A stretch of 64,000 nt of DNA from Dyella sp. (GCA_039594095.1 JBCNOA010000002.1:5253-69252), one strand, 5' to 3'. Positions 27,521 to 38,547 are shown, numbered from the stretch's first letter. The notes: generated by a model not told the origin, from the letters alone. Numbers and translations: made by a program.

Positions 27521-28701
27521 CCGTCCAACGAAGCGGTGGGTGTCATCGGAGGGCGCTGGGCGAGGATGACTTCGGCATGGAAGGGCGCGCCGTTGCGCAA
27601 TCCTGATACTTCGACTTTGCTGCCGGGCTGAAGCGCCGCCTCGCGGCGCCGCAGATCCGCGGGATCCACGATGTCGTCTTTGCCGATGCGCAGCAGGATG
27701 TCATGGGGCTGGATGCCTGCCTGGGCCGCCGGTCCCCCTGGATAGACGTCGGTTACCTGCGCGCCGCGAGCGGCTGCGGGCAGGCCGCTGTCGGCCGCCA
27801 CGGGGACGAACGTGTAGTCCGCGCCGATCCAGCCGCGCACGACGTGCCCCGTATCGATGATCTGCTCCAGGACCTTTTTGGCGCTGCTCACCGGAATCGC
27901 GAAGCTGATCCCCTCCGCGTTGGCTGCCTTGCCGATCAGGAGGGTATTGATGCCCACCAGCTCGCCGTCCGTGTTGACCAGTGCGCCGCCGGAGTTGCCC
28001 AGGTTGATCGCGGCGTCGGTCTGGATGAAGTCTTCCGGGCTGGAGCTGCTCAGCTGGCGGCCGATGGCGCTGATGATGCCCATGGTCACCGTCTGGTTTA
28101 GGCCGAGGGGGTTGCCGATCGCGAGCACGACGTCGCCGGTTCGCGCGGGATGCCCGTCGGCGAAAGGGATCACGGGAGGGCTGGAGACGTCGATCTTGAG
28201 GACCGCCAGGTCCGTTTCCGCGTCGGCACCCACTAGCTGTGCCTTCGCCACGCGGCCGTCGTAGAGCAGCACCTGGATATCGTCGGCCTTGGCGATCACG
28301 TGGTTGTTGGTCAGTACGTAGCCTTGGTCGCTAACGATCACGCCCGACCCCAGGCTCTGCTCGCGCCGCTTGTAGATGGCCGGGCGTCCGCCGAACAGGC
28401 GCTGCAGCACGGGGTCGGTATACATCTGTACCCCCTGCTCGGTCACCATCTTGTTTGCGTAAATATTGACCACTGACGGTGCGGCCTTGGCGACCGCATC
28501 CGCATAGGAAACCGGTCCGGTCGCGCGGCCGCGGATGGCGGGGGCGGTCTGGCCTGAGGCGGGCTGTGGCGCATGCAGGCCAATGCCGGCGCGAAGGCGA
28601 TCGGCGACACCGGGCCAGAGAAGGCTGACGATGAAGGCCAGGGCGAGCCCGAGAATGACGAAGCGGGCGATGAAGGCGAGCGTGCCGACGGCTTGTTTCA
28701 T
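27517..28701 (-). CDS. degS: DegS/AlgW-like HtrA serine protease with one PDZ domain
   Basis: N-terminal TM helix, TNNHVI, DLAVLK, IQTDAAINLGNSGG and one PDZ domain. Confidence 0.85.
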   Translation of the reverse strand: MKQAVGTLAFIARFVILGLALAFIVSLLWPGVADRLRAGIGLHAPQPASGQTAPAIRGRATGPVSYADAVAKAAPSVVNIYANKMVTEQGVQMYTDPVLQRLFGGRPAIYKRREQSLGSGVIVSDQGYVLTNNHVIAKADDIQVLLYDGRVAKAQLVGADAETDLAVLKIDVSSPPVIPFADGHPARTGDVVLAIGNPLGLNQTVTMGIISAIGRQLSSSSPEDFIQTDAAINLGNSGGALVNTDGELVGINTLLIGKAANAEGISFAIPVSSAKKVLEQIIDTGHVVRGWIGADYTFVPVAADSGLPAAARGAQVTDVYPGGPAAQAGIQPHDILLRIGKDDIVDPADLRRREAALQPGSKVEVSGLRNGAPFHAEVILAQRPPMTPTASLDG

Positions 28702-28864
28702 GAGGGAAAAAAATGAGCTGTGGCAACGCCCTGGAAGGAGGGTGCGGATCGACGCAGGCGCCTGTCCGGTTTTATTGTACGGGCCAGGGGCTGACGCTAC
28801 ACTAACGCGATTTTTGCGGCCCCCAAAGAGTCGCACCTCAATGGCATTAGTACCGGAGAGCCTG

Positions 28865-29470
28865 ATGGCGAACGAAGTCGTCGATCATGGCCGCCGCCGG
28901 TTCCTCACCGCGACCACTGCAGTGGTCGGAGGTGCAGGAGTCATCGCGGCAGCCGTGCCCTTCATCAAGTCGTGGGAGCCCAGCGCAAGAGCCAAATCCG
29001 CCGGTGCTCCTGTCACGGTCGACATCAGCAAAATCGAGGCGGGTCAGAAGGTGACCTACCCCTGGCGTGGCCTCCCGGTCTTCGTGGTCAATCGCACCAA
29101 GGAACAGCTCGACGCTCTGCCGGGCCAGGACGGCCGCCTGGTGGACGCCAAGTCCAGCGGCAGCTCGGCCGACCAGCAGCCCAAGTACGCGCAGAACGAA
29201 ACGCGTTCGATCAAGCCGGAATGGCTGGTCATGGTGGCGCTGTGCACCCACCTCGGCTGCGTGCCCGACTTCGTCCCGGTGATGAAGCCCGAGCCGTTCG
29301 ATCCGGAGTGGAAGGGCGGTTTCTATTGCCCCTGCCACAAGTCGCGCTACGACATGGCCGGCCGCGTGTACGCCGGTGTGCCCGCGCCGAAGAACATGCT
29401 CATTCCCCCGTACCACTTCGTGGATGACACGCACATCCAGATCGGCGTGGACCCGAAGGAGGCCGGCTGA
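28865..29470 (+). CDS. petA: Ubiquinol-cytochrome c reductase Rieske subunit
   Basis: Tat motif RRRFL, CTHLGC and CPCH. Confidence 0.96.
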   Translation: MANEVVDHGRRRFLTATTAVVGGAGVIAAAVPFIKSWEPSARAKSAGAPVTVDISKIEAGQKVTYPWRGLPVFVVNRTKEQLDALPGQDGRLVDAKSSGSSADQQPKYAQNETRSIKPEWLVMVALCTHLGCVPDFVPVMKPEPFDPEWKGGFYCPCHKSRYDMAGRVYAGVPAPKNMLIPPYHFVDDTHIQIGVDPKEAG

Positions 29471-30777
29471 TGGCTACTGTGTTCTCGCGCATCGGCGATT
29501 GGGTCAACGAGCGCGCGCCTGGACTGGCGCCGACCTATCGCAAGCACATGACCGAGTACTACGCGCCGAAGAATTTCAATCTTTGGTACTACTTCGGTTC
29601 GCTCGCCCTGCTGGTGCTGGTCAACCAGATCGTCACCGGCATCTTCCTCACCATGAACTACAAGACCAGCGCCGCGGAAGCGTTCGCGTCGGTCGAGTAC
29701 ATCATGCGCGACGTGGAATGGGGCTGGCTCATCCGCTACATGCATTCCACGGGCGCGTCGCTGTTCTTCGTGGTGGTGTTCCTGCACATGTTCCGCGGCC
29801 TGATGTACGGCTCGTACCAGAAGCCGCGCGAGCTGGTGTGGCTGCTGGGCATGCTGATCTTCCTGGTGCTGATGGCCGAGGCCTTCATGGGCTACGTGCT
29901 GCCGTGGGGCAACATGTCGTTCTGGGGCGCCAAGGTGATCATCTCGCTGTTCGGCACCATCCCCGTGATCGGCAACTCCCTGGTGGAGTGGATCATGGGC
30001 GACTATCTGCCGGCCGACGCCACGCTCAACCGCTTCTTCGCGCTGCACGTTATCGCGCTGCCGCTGGTGCTGCTGCTGCTGGTGGTGCTGCACCTGGCTG
30101 CGTTGCACGAGGTCGGCTCGAACAACCCTGACGGCGTCGACATCAAACACGGTCCGAAGGGCAACCGCTGGGACGCGAACAAGCCGGCCGATGGCATTCC
30201 CTTCCATCCGTACTACACGGTGAAGGACCTGGTCGGCGTCGGTTTCTTCCTGATCATCGCGGCTTTCATCATCTTCTTCGCGCCGACTTTCGGCGGCTGG
30301 TTCCTCGAGCACGACAACTTCGTGCCGGCGAACAACCTGGTGACACCCACCCACATCAAGCCTGTGTGGTACTTCACGCCCTTCTACGCGATTCTGCGCA
30401 TGATCCCGTCGTTCTTCAGCACGGCGATCTGGGGTGTGTTGGGCATGTTCGGCGCGATCGTGCTGCTGTTCCTGCTGCCGTGGATCGATGCCGGCAAGGT
30501 GCGCTCGATCCGTTATCGCGGCACGGGCTTCAAGGTCGCCCTCGGCCTGTTCGCGATCTCCTTCATCGCGCTGGGTGCCGTCGGTGCGGGCGTGGTGGCG
30601 GAAGTCATTCCGGCCTGGTTCGGCAGCCATACCGACGTGACCTTCTGGGAAAACTCCTTCGGTCGCCTGATGACGCTGATCTACTTCGGCTTCTTCGTGT
30701 TCCTGTGGATCTACACGCGCGGTGGCCGCGAGAAGACCAAGCCGGTACCGGAGCGGGTGGTGTATGACCATGACTAA
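29470..30777 (+). CDS. petB: Cytochrome b
   Basis: RYMHSTGAS, GYVLPWGNMSFWG and PVWY (PEWY variant). Confidence 0.97.
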   Translation: MATVFSRIGDWVNERAPGLAPTYRKHMTEYYAPKNFNLWYYFGSLALLVLVNQIVTGIFLTMNYKTSAAEAFASVEYIMRDVEWGWLIRYMHSTGASLFFVVVFLHMFRGLMYGSYQKPRELVWLLGMLIFLVLMAEAFMGYVLPWGNMSFWGAKVIISLFGTIPVIGNSLVEWIMGDYLPADATLNRFFALHVIALPLVLLLLVVLHLAALHEVGSNNPDGVDIKHGPKGNRWDANKPADGIPFHPYYTVKDLVGVGFFLIIAAFIIFFAPTFGGWFLEHDNFVPANNLVTPTHIKPVWYFTPFYAILRMIPSFFSTAIWGVLGMFGAIVLLFLLPWIDAGKVRSIRYRGTGFKVALGLFAISFIALGAVGAGVVAEVIPAWFGSHTDVTFWENSFGRLMTLIYFGFFVFLWIYTRGGREKTKPVPERVVYDHD

Positions 30778-31528
30778 GCGGCAGTCCCTGATGAAGCGCT
30801 ATATCTCCTCGATTGCCCTCGCGGTCGGCCTGCTGGCCGGTACCACCACCACGGTCCTGGCGTCCGAAGAGGGTGCGATGCCTTCGGCCGGCACCAATGT
30901 GCGCGACCAGGCTTCCCTGCAGCGCGGCGCCAAGCTGTTCTTCAATTACTGCGTGGGTTGCCATTCGCTGAAGTTCGTCCGCTATTCCCGCGTCGCCGAG
31001 GACCTCGGCCTGAGCGAGAAAGAGGTGATGGACAACCTGAACTTCACCGGCGCCAAGTTCGGCGATGCCGTCGTGTCGCATATGCCGGAGGAGGCTGCGG
31101 CATCGTTCTTCGGCAAGGCGCCGCCGGATCTCTCGCTGGAAGTGCGCGCCAAGGGCGCGGACTGGGTCTACGGCTACCTGAATTCGTTCTACTTGGACCC
31201 GACCCGTCCGGTGGGCTGGAACAATACGGTGTTCCCGAATGCGTCCATGCCGAACCCGCTGTGGGAGCTGCAGGGATTGCAGACGGCCGTGATGAAGAAG
31301 GTCGATGGTGAGGAAACCGTCGAGAAGCTCGACCTGGCCCGTCCGGGCAAGCTCACTCCCGCCGAGTTCCAGCAGGCCACCCGCGACCTGACCACGTTCC
31401 TGGAGTACGTTTCGGAGCCGGCCGCCCTGCAGCGCCAGCGCTACGGTATCTGGGTGCTGCTGTTCCTGGCCGGCTTCACGTTGCTGGCGTACGCGCTCAA
31501 GAAGGAATATTGGAAGGACGTCCACTGA
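30770..31528 (+). CDS. petC: Cytochrome c1
   Basis: CVGCH haem motif, PPDLS and a C-terminal anchor; alternative start at 30791. Confidence 0.95.
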   Translation: MTKRQSLMKRYISSIALAVGLLAGTTTTVLASEEGAMPSAGTNVRDQASLQRGAKLFFNYCVGCHSLKFVRYSRVAEDLGLSEKEVMDNLNFTGAKFGDAVVSHMPEEAAASFFGKAPPDLSLEVRAKGADWVYGYLNSFYLDPTRPVGWNNTVFPNASMPNPLWELQGLQTAVMKKVDGEETVEKLDLARPGKLTPAEFQQATRDLTTFLEYVSEPAALQRQRYGIWVLLFLAGFTLLAYALKKEYWKDVH

Positions 31529-31599
31529 GACGTCGCTCCGTGGCCCGGCATGCGGCGGCTCCGGCCGCCGCGTGCGTCTAGTCGATGGGGAGACCGCGC

Positions 31600-32223
31600 A
31601 TGGTTCAAAGCGCACGTTCGCGATCCGTACTTACCCTGTACTCGACCGCGGATGACATTCAATGTCACCGCACTCGTCTGGTGCTGGCGGCGAAGGGTGT
31701 CAGCTACGAAAGGGTAATCGTCGATCCGAGCAAGCCGCCGGAGGATCTGCTGGATCTGAATCCCTACGGCTCCACGCCTACGCTGGTCGATCGCGATCTC
31801 ACGCTCTACGGCACCTCGGTGGTGTGCGAATACCTGGACGAGCGTTACCCTCACCCGCCGTTGATGCCGATCGATCCGCTCTCGCGAGCGCGCCTGCGTC
31901 TTGCGTCGCTGCGCATCGAGCTTGACTGGCTGCCCGAGGTCAACGTCATCCGTGCCGGCGGCCGCCCCGCCGATGCGGCGCGCAAGCGGTTGCGCGAGCA
32001 TCTGCTGGCTTCGCTGCCGCTGTTCAAAGCCTCCAAGTTTTTCCTCAATCCGGAAATGAGTCTGGCCGATTGTCTGGTCGCGCCGGTGGTCTGGCGCCTG
32101 CCTTGGCTGGGCGTGGAGCTGGGGCGAGAAGGCAAGCCAGTGGTCGACTATGGCGAGCGCCTATTCCATAGCCAGGGATTTGCGCGCAGTATGACTCCGG
32201 AAGAAAAGGCCATGCGCCCCTGA
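31600..32223 (+). CDS. sspA: Stringent starvation protein A (GST fold)
   Basis: LNPYGSTPTLVDRDL and EYLDERYPHPPL; petABC-sspAB synteny. Confidence 0.93.
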   Translation: MVQSARSRSVLTLYSTADDIQCHRTRLVLAAKGVSYERVIVDPSKPPEDLLDLNPYGSTPTLVDRDLTLYGTSVVCEYLDERYPHPPLMPIDPLSRARLRLASLRIELDWLPEVNVIRAGGRPADAARKRLREHLLASLPLFKASKFFLNPEMSLADCLVAPVVWRLPWLGVELGREGKPVVDYGERLFHSQGFARSMTPEEKAMRP

Positions 32224-32225
32224 AG

Positions 32226-32678
32226 ATGAGCAGTAACGATCAACACGTACCGATGACCTCCAATCGCCCCTATCTGCTGCGGGCGATTTACGACTGGATC
32301 ACCGACAACAACCTCACGCCTTACATCCTGGTGGACGCCGCGCGCGAAGGCGTGCGCGTGCCGCCGCAGGTGGTGAAGAATGGCCAGGTCGTACTGAACC
32401 TGGCGATGCGCGCCGTCGCCAACCTGGATCTAGGCAATGAATGGATCAGCTTCCAGGCGCGGTTCTCCGGCGTCAGCCATTCCATCCTCATTCCCGTGAA
32501 CGCCGTGCTCGCGCTATACGCTCAGGAAAATGGGCAGGGCATGATGTTTCCGGCTGACGAAGGGGGCGATCCTCCTTCTCCGCCGGAACCGCCGTCCGAC
32601 GATACCCCGCCTTCCGATGGGGCCGACGCTGGCGAGAAGCCGCGCAAGGGCGCGCCGTTCCTGCGCGTGGTGAAGTAA
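32226..32678 (+). CDS. sspB: ClpXP adaptor SspB
   Basis: RPYLLRAIYDW and C-terminal LRVVK ClpX-binding motif. Confidence 0.96.
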   Translation: MSSNDQHVPMTSNRPYLLRAIYDWITDNNLTPYILVDAAREGVRVPPQVVKNGQVVLNLAMRAVANLDLGNEWISFQARFSGVSHSILIPVNAVLALYAQENGQGMMFPADEGGDPPSPPEPPSDDTPPSDGADAGEKPRKGAPFLRVVK

Positions 32679-32707
32679 GAAACCCGGCGGCGAATGCCGT
32701 CGGGCTT

Positions 32708-33118
32708 TCAATGAAGGTGCGTATCCCCGGACTTCCTGCCGCCCAGCCGGGGGCGTAGGGGAATCACGTTGTTCGCATCCGCCATGGTCTCGTGCGGCTC
32801 GGGTATGCGGGTTTCGATCGTCGGCAGGCTCAGTCCGGTCAGGCGCCCTTGGGCGAACCAGAGGCGGCCCGGCTCGCGGTCGTCGCCGTCGATGCTGACT
32901 TCGAAGCTATAGCTGCGCTCGATCACTCGCATGCCATCCAGGCGGCGCAGGCCGATGCTGCGCAGGCCGACCGTTTCGTCCAGCAGCTGCAGACCGTGCC
33001 GCTCGCATTGCCGGCGTGCCTCATTGATGGCCAGCTCGCGATAGCGGCTCAGCTTTAGCCAGCCCGCGATGAGGGTCAGCAGGCCCAGCAGCAGAAACAG
33101 GTCGGTGAATCGGTTCAT
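32708..33118 (-). CDS. DUF3301-like small membrane-anchored protein
   Basis: N-terminal TM helix, LQLLDETV and YSFEVSIDG. Confidence 0.7.
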   Translation of the reverse strand: MNRFTDLFLLLGLLTLIAGWLKLSRYRELAINEARRQCERHGLQLLDETVGLRSIGLRRLDGMRVIERSYSFEVSIDGDDREPGRLWFAQGRLTGLSLPTIETRIPEPHETMADANNVIPLRPRLGGRKSGDTHLH

Positions 33119-33223
33119 GCGCGCCAGTGTGTGGGCGCTGGCTGGCGCCCGCAAGGCCGGCGGGCCCTTGAATGCCGTTGTCGCGAGTTTGTGCTGTGGT
33201 CCGGCCGCTGTGGAGGCGGTCCG

Positions 33224-34081
33224 TCAATCGAGCTGCAGACGCAGAGAAAGGTCCACGGCGTGCACGTGCTTGGTGAGTGCGCCGACGGAAATGAAGTCCA
33301 CCTCCGTCTCCGCATAAGCGCGAATGGTGGTGAGGTCGACATTGCCGGAGATCTCCAGCGATACACGACCCGCCACGATCTCAACCGCCTCCCGCATGAG
33401 CGGGATGGTGAAATTGTCGAGCATGATGCGATCCACGCCGGCATCGAGTGCCTGATGCAGTTCGGCCAGGTCCTCGACCTCCACCTCCAGCAGCAGTCCG
33501 GGGTGAAGCCGGCGCGCGGCTTCGACGGCGGCAACGATCCCGCCTGCCGCGATGATGTGGTTCTCCTTCACCAAGATGGCGTCGTAGAGGCCCACGCGAT
33601 GATTGTGGCCGCCGCCACAGCGCACCGCGTACTTCTGAGCGATGCGCAATCCGGGCACGGTCTTGCGGGTGTCGAGCACGCGGACGGACGTGCCGGCTAC
33701 GGCCTGTACGTACGCGGCGGTGGTCGTGGCCGTACCCGAGAGCAGCTGCAGGAAATTGAGGGCCGAGCGCTCTGCGCTGACCAGAGCCCGCGCCTTACCC
33801 TCCAATCTGCAGATCACGGAGCCCGGCGCGACGCGTGCGCCGTCAGTGGCCTGCCAGTCGATGCGCACGTCGGGGTCGAGCTGCCGGAAACAGGCATCGA
33901 ACCAGGCCGTGCCGGCAATGACGGCATCTTCGCGACACGTCAGGGTCGCTCTCGCGGTCGCGCCGGCGGGCAGAAGGTCGGCGGTGGCATCGCCCGTACC
34001 GAGGTCTTCGGCAAAAGCGCGTTCGACGTCCGCCAACACGAGATCGGCTGACGGCGGGGTAATCGATGGCTTTGAGGTCAT
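33224..34081 (-). CDS. nadC: Nicotinate-nucleotide diphosphorylase (carboxylating)
   Basis: DTRKTVPG, NHRVGLYD, KENH and IMLDNF. Confidence 0.96.
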   Translation of the reverse strand: MTSKPSITPPSADLVLADVERAFAEDLGTGDATADLLPAGATARATLTCREDAVIAGTAWFDACFRQLDPDVRIDWQATDGARVAPGSVICRLEGKARALVSAERSALNFLQLLSGTATTTAAYVQAVAGTSVRVLDTRKTVPGLRIAQKYAVRCGGGHNHRVGLYDAILVKENHIIAAGGIVAAVEAARRLHPGLLLEVEVEDLAELHQALDAGVDRIMLDNFTIPLMREAVEIVAGRVSLEISGNVDLTTIRAYAETEVDFISVGALTKHVHAVDLSLRLQLD

Positions 34082-36354
34082 GCGGAGGTGGCAGGTTGGC
34101 TCAATCGGCCAACGATGGCATCCAGCGCGCGATCAAACAAGGCGGTCGATTCCAGAATGCGGGCGCGGCCGCCGGCGATTTCGCGCGCGAGTTCGTGCGG
34201 CGAATAGTCGGCGACCTTGAGGCCGCGACGGTTCACGAACAGATAGCGGCCGCTCATCGGGCTGATCCAGGAAAGCTTGGCGCGTTCGATGGTGTCGCCG
34301 TCAGTGGCGAATTCCAGCCAGATTCCCGGCTTGAAATCCTGCACGATCTGGAGTTCAGGAATGTCTTCCTCCTGCGCGGCTTCCGGCTCGGCGGCTTCCA
34401 GCGAGGCCTCGCTCTCGGCGATGGGCTGGATGCTTTCGGGGATCGGCAGCGTCGCCGATTCCTCGACTGCCTGCACCTCATTGGCCGGGACTTGCTCGCC
34501 GAGCTGGTGGCGGTAATACGTATGCAACTGGGCGAGCAACCGCTCGATGTCGCTTTCCTGGAATGCGACATTGGCCAGGCCGCGGCGCAGGGAACGCTCG
34601 ATGCCCGGGAGCATCTGGCGCAGCGTGCGGCGATCTTCGAGCGAGCGGGCTGGGCGCGTGCTGGCGATGAAGTCGTTGACGAAGCGCAGCGAATCGCGGA
34701 ACTCGGAGGACTCCTCGCCCTGGCGCAGGATGGTCAGCACCATGTAGTTCGCCCAGGCGCGCGACAGGATGCCGTGGATCAGCGGCGGCAACGAGTGATC
34801 GCCGATGCGCGTGAGGATCTCCCTGGCGGCGCGGCGGCGCGCCTGCTCCAGTTTTTCGCGACCGCGAGTGGACTCGGCCACGCGCTGTTCGGCGAGTTCG
34901 GCGCGCCGGCGGCTCTGGTCCTGGAAATCCTGCAGATCGGCGTTGAGTCGATCGAAGATCGTCAGGTCGTCGTCGAATTCCTGCAAGAGCGCGTCGACGA
35001 TCGACTTCACCTTGTCGTGCAGGCGATGGTCGCGGTCGGATTCCGGCGACCAACCCTTGGCGGCGTCCGCAAGGCTGTCCAGCAGGCGGCGGGCCGGGTG
35101 CTGACGGTGCGCGAACAGGCGGCGATCGAGAATGGCCGCCTTGAGATAGGGAATCTGCAGGCGAGCGAGCATCACCTGCATTTCCGTGGGCAGGTTGCGG
35201 TCTTCGAGAATGAACTCGAACAGCATGCCGACGAGGTCGATCGTGTCCTCGTCCATCGTCGCGACCTGACCGGGACGTTCGCCGCGCAGCGACCCGATCT
35301 GCGCCAGCAGCTGCTCCTTCAGGTGGGCGACTTCCTGCATGACGGACGTCGTCGATTGGCCGCCGCGCAAGGGCAGGGGGCTGCCCACGGAGGCGGCCTG
35401 GCTCTGCAGGACGCTCAGCGCGCCGATGAGCTCATTGACGGTAGGCACCTGCAGTGGGCCGCCGACCGGCAGGTTTTCCGGCATCCCGCCGCGGCGGGCG
35501 CTGAACAGCGCGCGCAGAGTCTGCAGCAGTTCGTTGGAGGTCGCGTCGTCGCCGGCCGGGAATGCTTCTCCCTGTGCGCCAGCCGCCGCTGCCGCGGTAC
35601 TGGCCGGAGTACCGGCCGCTGGGGGCACCGAACTGCTGCGCTGCACTTCGTGGCGCAGTTGCGGGAGCACGCCCGCGCGAACCAGCTCGGTATTGATTTC
35701 CTGGTAAAGCTCGTCGAGCGATGCGAGCACGTAGCGATCGAACAGCTTGTAGATGATCAGCTTGACGCGCATTTCCGCCGACAGCTCGCGCATCGCCTGG
35801 CGGAACGCCTGAGTCAGCGAGGCAGGCGCGACCGGATTGTTGGAGTCCTCGACCTTCACCCCGCCGTAAATGACCGACAACCGCTGGTTGACGGCGAACA
35901 GGTCACGGGTGAGGCGGGTCTCGTTCTTGCCGATCATGCTGGTGATCGCGAGCGATTCTTCCAGCTCGTTGTCGGCTACCAACGTCAGCTCGACGGTGCC
36001 GACGGGCAGTTGCACGGGGCCCCCGCCGGCATGGGCGCGCTGCTGGGTGACGAAATCGGCGATTCCGCGCGAGACGGTGTTCAGGAAGGCGCGTTCGACC
36101 GCCGGTCGCCGCTTGCGCACTTCGCGCATGCCATCGAAGTAATGCATCTGCGCGGCGTTGTTCTCGGCTTTCTCGGCCAGGTCGAACAAGGCGTCGTCGA
36201 CATGCTCGAACATGCCATTGGCGAGCAGTTGCAGACGCCGCGAGGCGATGTCGCGGACGGTGTTCAGCAGGGCGCCACCGCGCTCGCTGGAAGGGTCCAG
36301 GCGCTGGCTGATATTGACGATATTGGATGGCTCACTGGCGTCTTTCATCGCCAC
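34078..36354 (-). CDS. DUF1631 family protein of unknown function
   Basis: ELEESLA, RLQIPYLK, HPARRLL and WISP...YLFVNRRG motifs; coupled to nadC. Confidence 0.75.
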   Translation of the reverse strand: MAMKDASEPSNIVNISQRLDPSSERGGALLNTVRDIASRRLQLLANGMFEHVDDALFDLAEKAENNAAQMHYFDGMREVRKRRPAVERAFLNTVSRGIADFVTQQRAHAGGGPVQLPVGTVELTLVADNELEESLAITSMIGKNETRLTRDLFAVNQRLSVIYGGVKVEDSNNPVAPASLTQAFRQAMRELSAEMRVKLIIYKLFDRYVLASLDELYQEINTELVRAGVLPQLRHEVQRSSSVPPAAGTPASTAAAAAGAQGEAFPAGDDATSNELLQTLRALFSARRGGMPENLPVGGPLQVPTVNELIGALSVLQSQAASVGSPLPLRGGQSTTSVMQEVAHLKEQLLAQIGSLRGERPGQVATMDEDTIDLVGMLFEFILEDRNLPTEMQVMLARLQIPYLKAAILDRRLFAHRQHPARRLLDSLADAAKGWSPESDRDHRLHDKVKSIVDALLQEFDDDLTIFDRLNADLQDFQDQSRRRAELAEQRVAESTRGREKLEQARRRAAREILTRIGDHSLPPLIHGILSRAWANYMVLTILRQGEESSEFRDSLRFVNDFIASTRPARSLEDRRTLRQMLPGIERSLRRGLANVAFQESDIERLLAQLHTYYRHQLGEQVPANEVQAVEESATLPIPESIQPIAESEASLEAAEPEAAQEEDIPELQIVQDFKPGIWLEFATDGDTIERAKLSWISPMSGRYLFVNRRGLKVADYSPHELAREIAGGRARILESTALFDRALDAIVGRLSQPATSA

Positions 36355-36498
36355 ACCCCTGTGTGATGTGCTGCCGTCGCGCCGGAGCGGCTACGCCGAC
36401 CGCATGACGGGCAACGATACGCGAAACGTCAAGGCAATGTCATGCTCAGGTTGGCATCTGGGGGCATCCCAGGCCGGCCTCAAGCGACCTGCCGGGGC

Positions 36499-36771
36499 TC
36501 AGGCGGCGGAGGGGAAATCTCGCAGCTGGGTCGTGCCCACCCCTTCCTCGGGGAGCATCACGGGGATGCCGTCTTCGATGCGGTAGACCACCTTGCGATC
36601 GACGGTGATCAGGCCTTCCTGGATCGGTGTTTCCACCCGGACGCCGGCTACGGTGTCCACCTGACCCTGAGCGATGGCGGCATTCAATGCCTCCAGCTCA
36701 TTCTTGCCGAGCGGCCGGACCGGGGTCTTGGTAACCGGACAGCAGAGGATATCGAGCAGGCGCTTGTCCAT
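36499..36771 (-). CDS. Trm112-family (YcaR-like) protein
   Basis: MDKRLLDILCCPVTK...YRIEDGIPVML. Confidence 0.85.
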   Translation of the reverse strand: MDKRLLDILCCPVTKTPVRPLGKNELEALNAAIAQGQVDTVAGVRVETPIQEGLITVDRKVVYRIEDGIPVMLPEEGVGTTQLRDFPSAA

Positions 36772-36840
36772 GACGGGCGTGTGTGGTCGTGTGATGACGC
36801 GGAAAGGTCCGTACAATAGCCCCTTTTGGATAGCCGGACC

Positions 36841-37344
36841 ATGACTTCGACAGCCAAGGCGCCGCTGGTCGGCGTAGTGATGGGCTCCCGTTCCGACTGG
36901 GAGACCATGGAGCATGCGGCCAGCGTGCTGACCGAACTGGGCGTGCCCCATGAAGTGCGGGTGGTTTCCGCGCACCGCACGCCGGATCTGCTGTTCAAGT
37001 ACGCCGAAGAAGCTCCTGGGCGGGGCATCCAGGTCATCGTCGCCGGTGCCGGCGGCGCGGCGCACTTGCCGGGCATGCTGGCGGCGAAAACCCGGCTTCC
37101 GGTACTGGGCGTGCCGGTGCAGTCCAAAGCCTTGAGCGGCATGGATTCCTTGCTTTCCATCGCGCAGATGCCGGCCGGCATCCCCGTCGGTACCCTGGCG
37201 ATCGGCCGGGCTGGCGCGGTCAATGCCGGCCTGCTGGCCGCTTCCGTGCTCGCGCTGCACGATTCCGCACTGGCTTCGGCGCTCGACGCGTATCGCGCAC
37301 GTCAAACCCAGGCCGTTCTGGACCATCCGGACCCGCGGCAATGA
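36841..37344 (+). CDS. purE: N5-CAIR mutase
   Basis: MGSRSD, SAHRTP and [10 protein letters not shown]. Confidence 0.97.
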   Translation: MTSTAKAPLVGVVMGSRSDWETMEHAASVLTELGVPHEVRVVSAHRTPDLLFKYAEEAPGRGIQVIVAGAGGAAHLPGMLAAKTRLPVLGVPVQSKALSGMDSLLSIAQMPAGIPVGTLAIGRAGAVNAGLLAASVLALHDSALASALDAYRARQTQAVLDHPDPRQ

Positions 37345-38495
37345 CGATCCGACGCCAACCCGTGCTGGGCATTCTTGGTGGCGGCCAGCTGGCACGCATG
37401 CTGGCGTTGGCGGCCGCGCCGCTCGGGGTGAAGACCCTGGTGGTCGACAGTGCGCCGGACGCCTGCGCAGCGCAGGTCGCGCCGCTGCTGGCGGCTGACT
37501 GGACCGACTATGCCGCGCTGGAAGACTTCGCGCGCCAGGTCGACGTGGTCACGTTCGATTTCGAGAACGTGCCGGCGGAGACCGCCCATTGGCTGGCTGA
37601 GCGCGTCGCCGTGTTTCCCGCCCCGCGGGCGCTCGCCGTGGCGCAGGACCGGTTGGCCGAGAAAACCCTGTTCCGCGAATGCGGTCTCGATACGCCTGCT
37701 TTCATGGCGGTTGATACTCGCGCCGATCTGGATCGCGCCCTGGCGACCATCGGTGCGCCGGCCATCCTCAAGACGCGGCGCCTCGGTTACGACGGGAAGG
37801 GGCAGTTCCGCATTCGCAGCCTGGACGACGCCGATGCTGCCTGGGCCGTCCTGGGGTCACAGGCGGTAGCGCATGGCTTGATCCTCGAGGCCTTCGTGCC
37901 GTTCGATCGCGAGCTGTCCGTTATCGCGGTGCGTGGAAGGGATGGGGACTTCCGGACATGGCCGTTGACCCAGAACTGGCACACCGATGGTGTGCTCTCG
38001 CTGAGCCTGGCGCCCGCGCCGGATGTGGGCGACCTGCAAGAGCGGGCCACCGCGCTGGCTAGGACACTGGCCGAGCGACTCACTTACGTGGGCGTGTTCG
38101 CCCTGGAGTTGTTCGTGAAGGATGGGGCGCTGCTCGGCAACGAAATGGCGCCGCGCGTGCACAACTCGGGTCATTGGACCATCGAGGGGGCGCTGACCAG
38201 TCAGTTCGAGAACCATGTGCGCGCGGTGCTCGGCATGCCGCTGGGCGATACCTCTCCGCGCGGCCTCTCGGCGATGTTCAACTGGATCGGCGAGCTCCCC
38301 GATGCCGTGCCGGTGCTTCAGTCGACCGACGCGCATTGGCACGACTACGGGAAGCAGCCGCGCCCAGGCCGCAAGGTGGGGCACGCCACGGTCTGTGCGC
38401 CGGACGCGATGCGGATGGCTCAGCGTCTTAGCGGCATTGCCCATGCGCTCGGGCGCGACCAGCAGGCCGACCCCGCGGTTCGCGAGCTTCGCTGA
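37341..38495 (+). CDS. purK: N5-CAIR synthase
   Basis: [15 protein letters not shown] and PRVHNSGH. Confidence 0.96.
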   Translation: MTIRRQPVLGILGGGQLARMLALAAAPLGVKTLVVDSAPDACAAQVAPLLAADWTDYAALEDFARQVDVVTFDFENVPAETAHWLAERVAVFPAPRALAVAQDRLAEKTLFRECGLDTPAFMAVDTRADLDRALATIGAPAILKTRRLGYDGKGQFRIRSLDDADAAWAVLGSQAVAHGLILEAFVPFDRELSVIAVRGRDGDFRTWPLTQNWHTDGVLSLSLAPAPDVGDLQERATALARTLAERLTYVGVFALELFVKDGALLGNEMAPRVHNSGHWTIEGALTSQFENHVRAVLGMPLGDTSPRGLSAMFNWIGELPDAVPVLQSTDAHWHDYGKQPRPGRKVGHATVCAPDAMRMAQRLSGIAHALGRDQQADPAVRELR

Positions 38496-38511
38496 TCCAT
38501 CGAACGCGCAC

Positions 38512-38547
38512 AAAAAAACGGAGCCGTCACCGGCTCCGTTTCTTTTT
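38512..38547. terminator. Bidirectional terminator between purK and sodB
   Basis: AAAAAAACGGAGCCG-tcac-CGGCTCCGTTTCTTTTT. Confidence 0.85.

Noticed and set aside
34066-36366. 766-aa antisense ORF opposite DUF1631, and similar ORFs opposite thrS, petB, uvrB and ppnN
   Set aside because: Each mirrors a well-supported gene on the other strand and has no independent coding signal.
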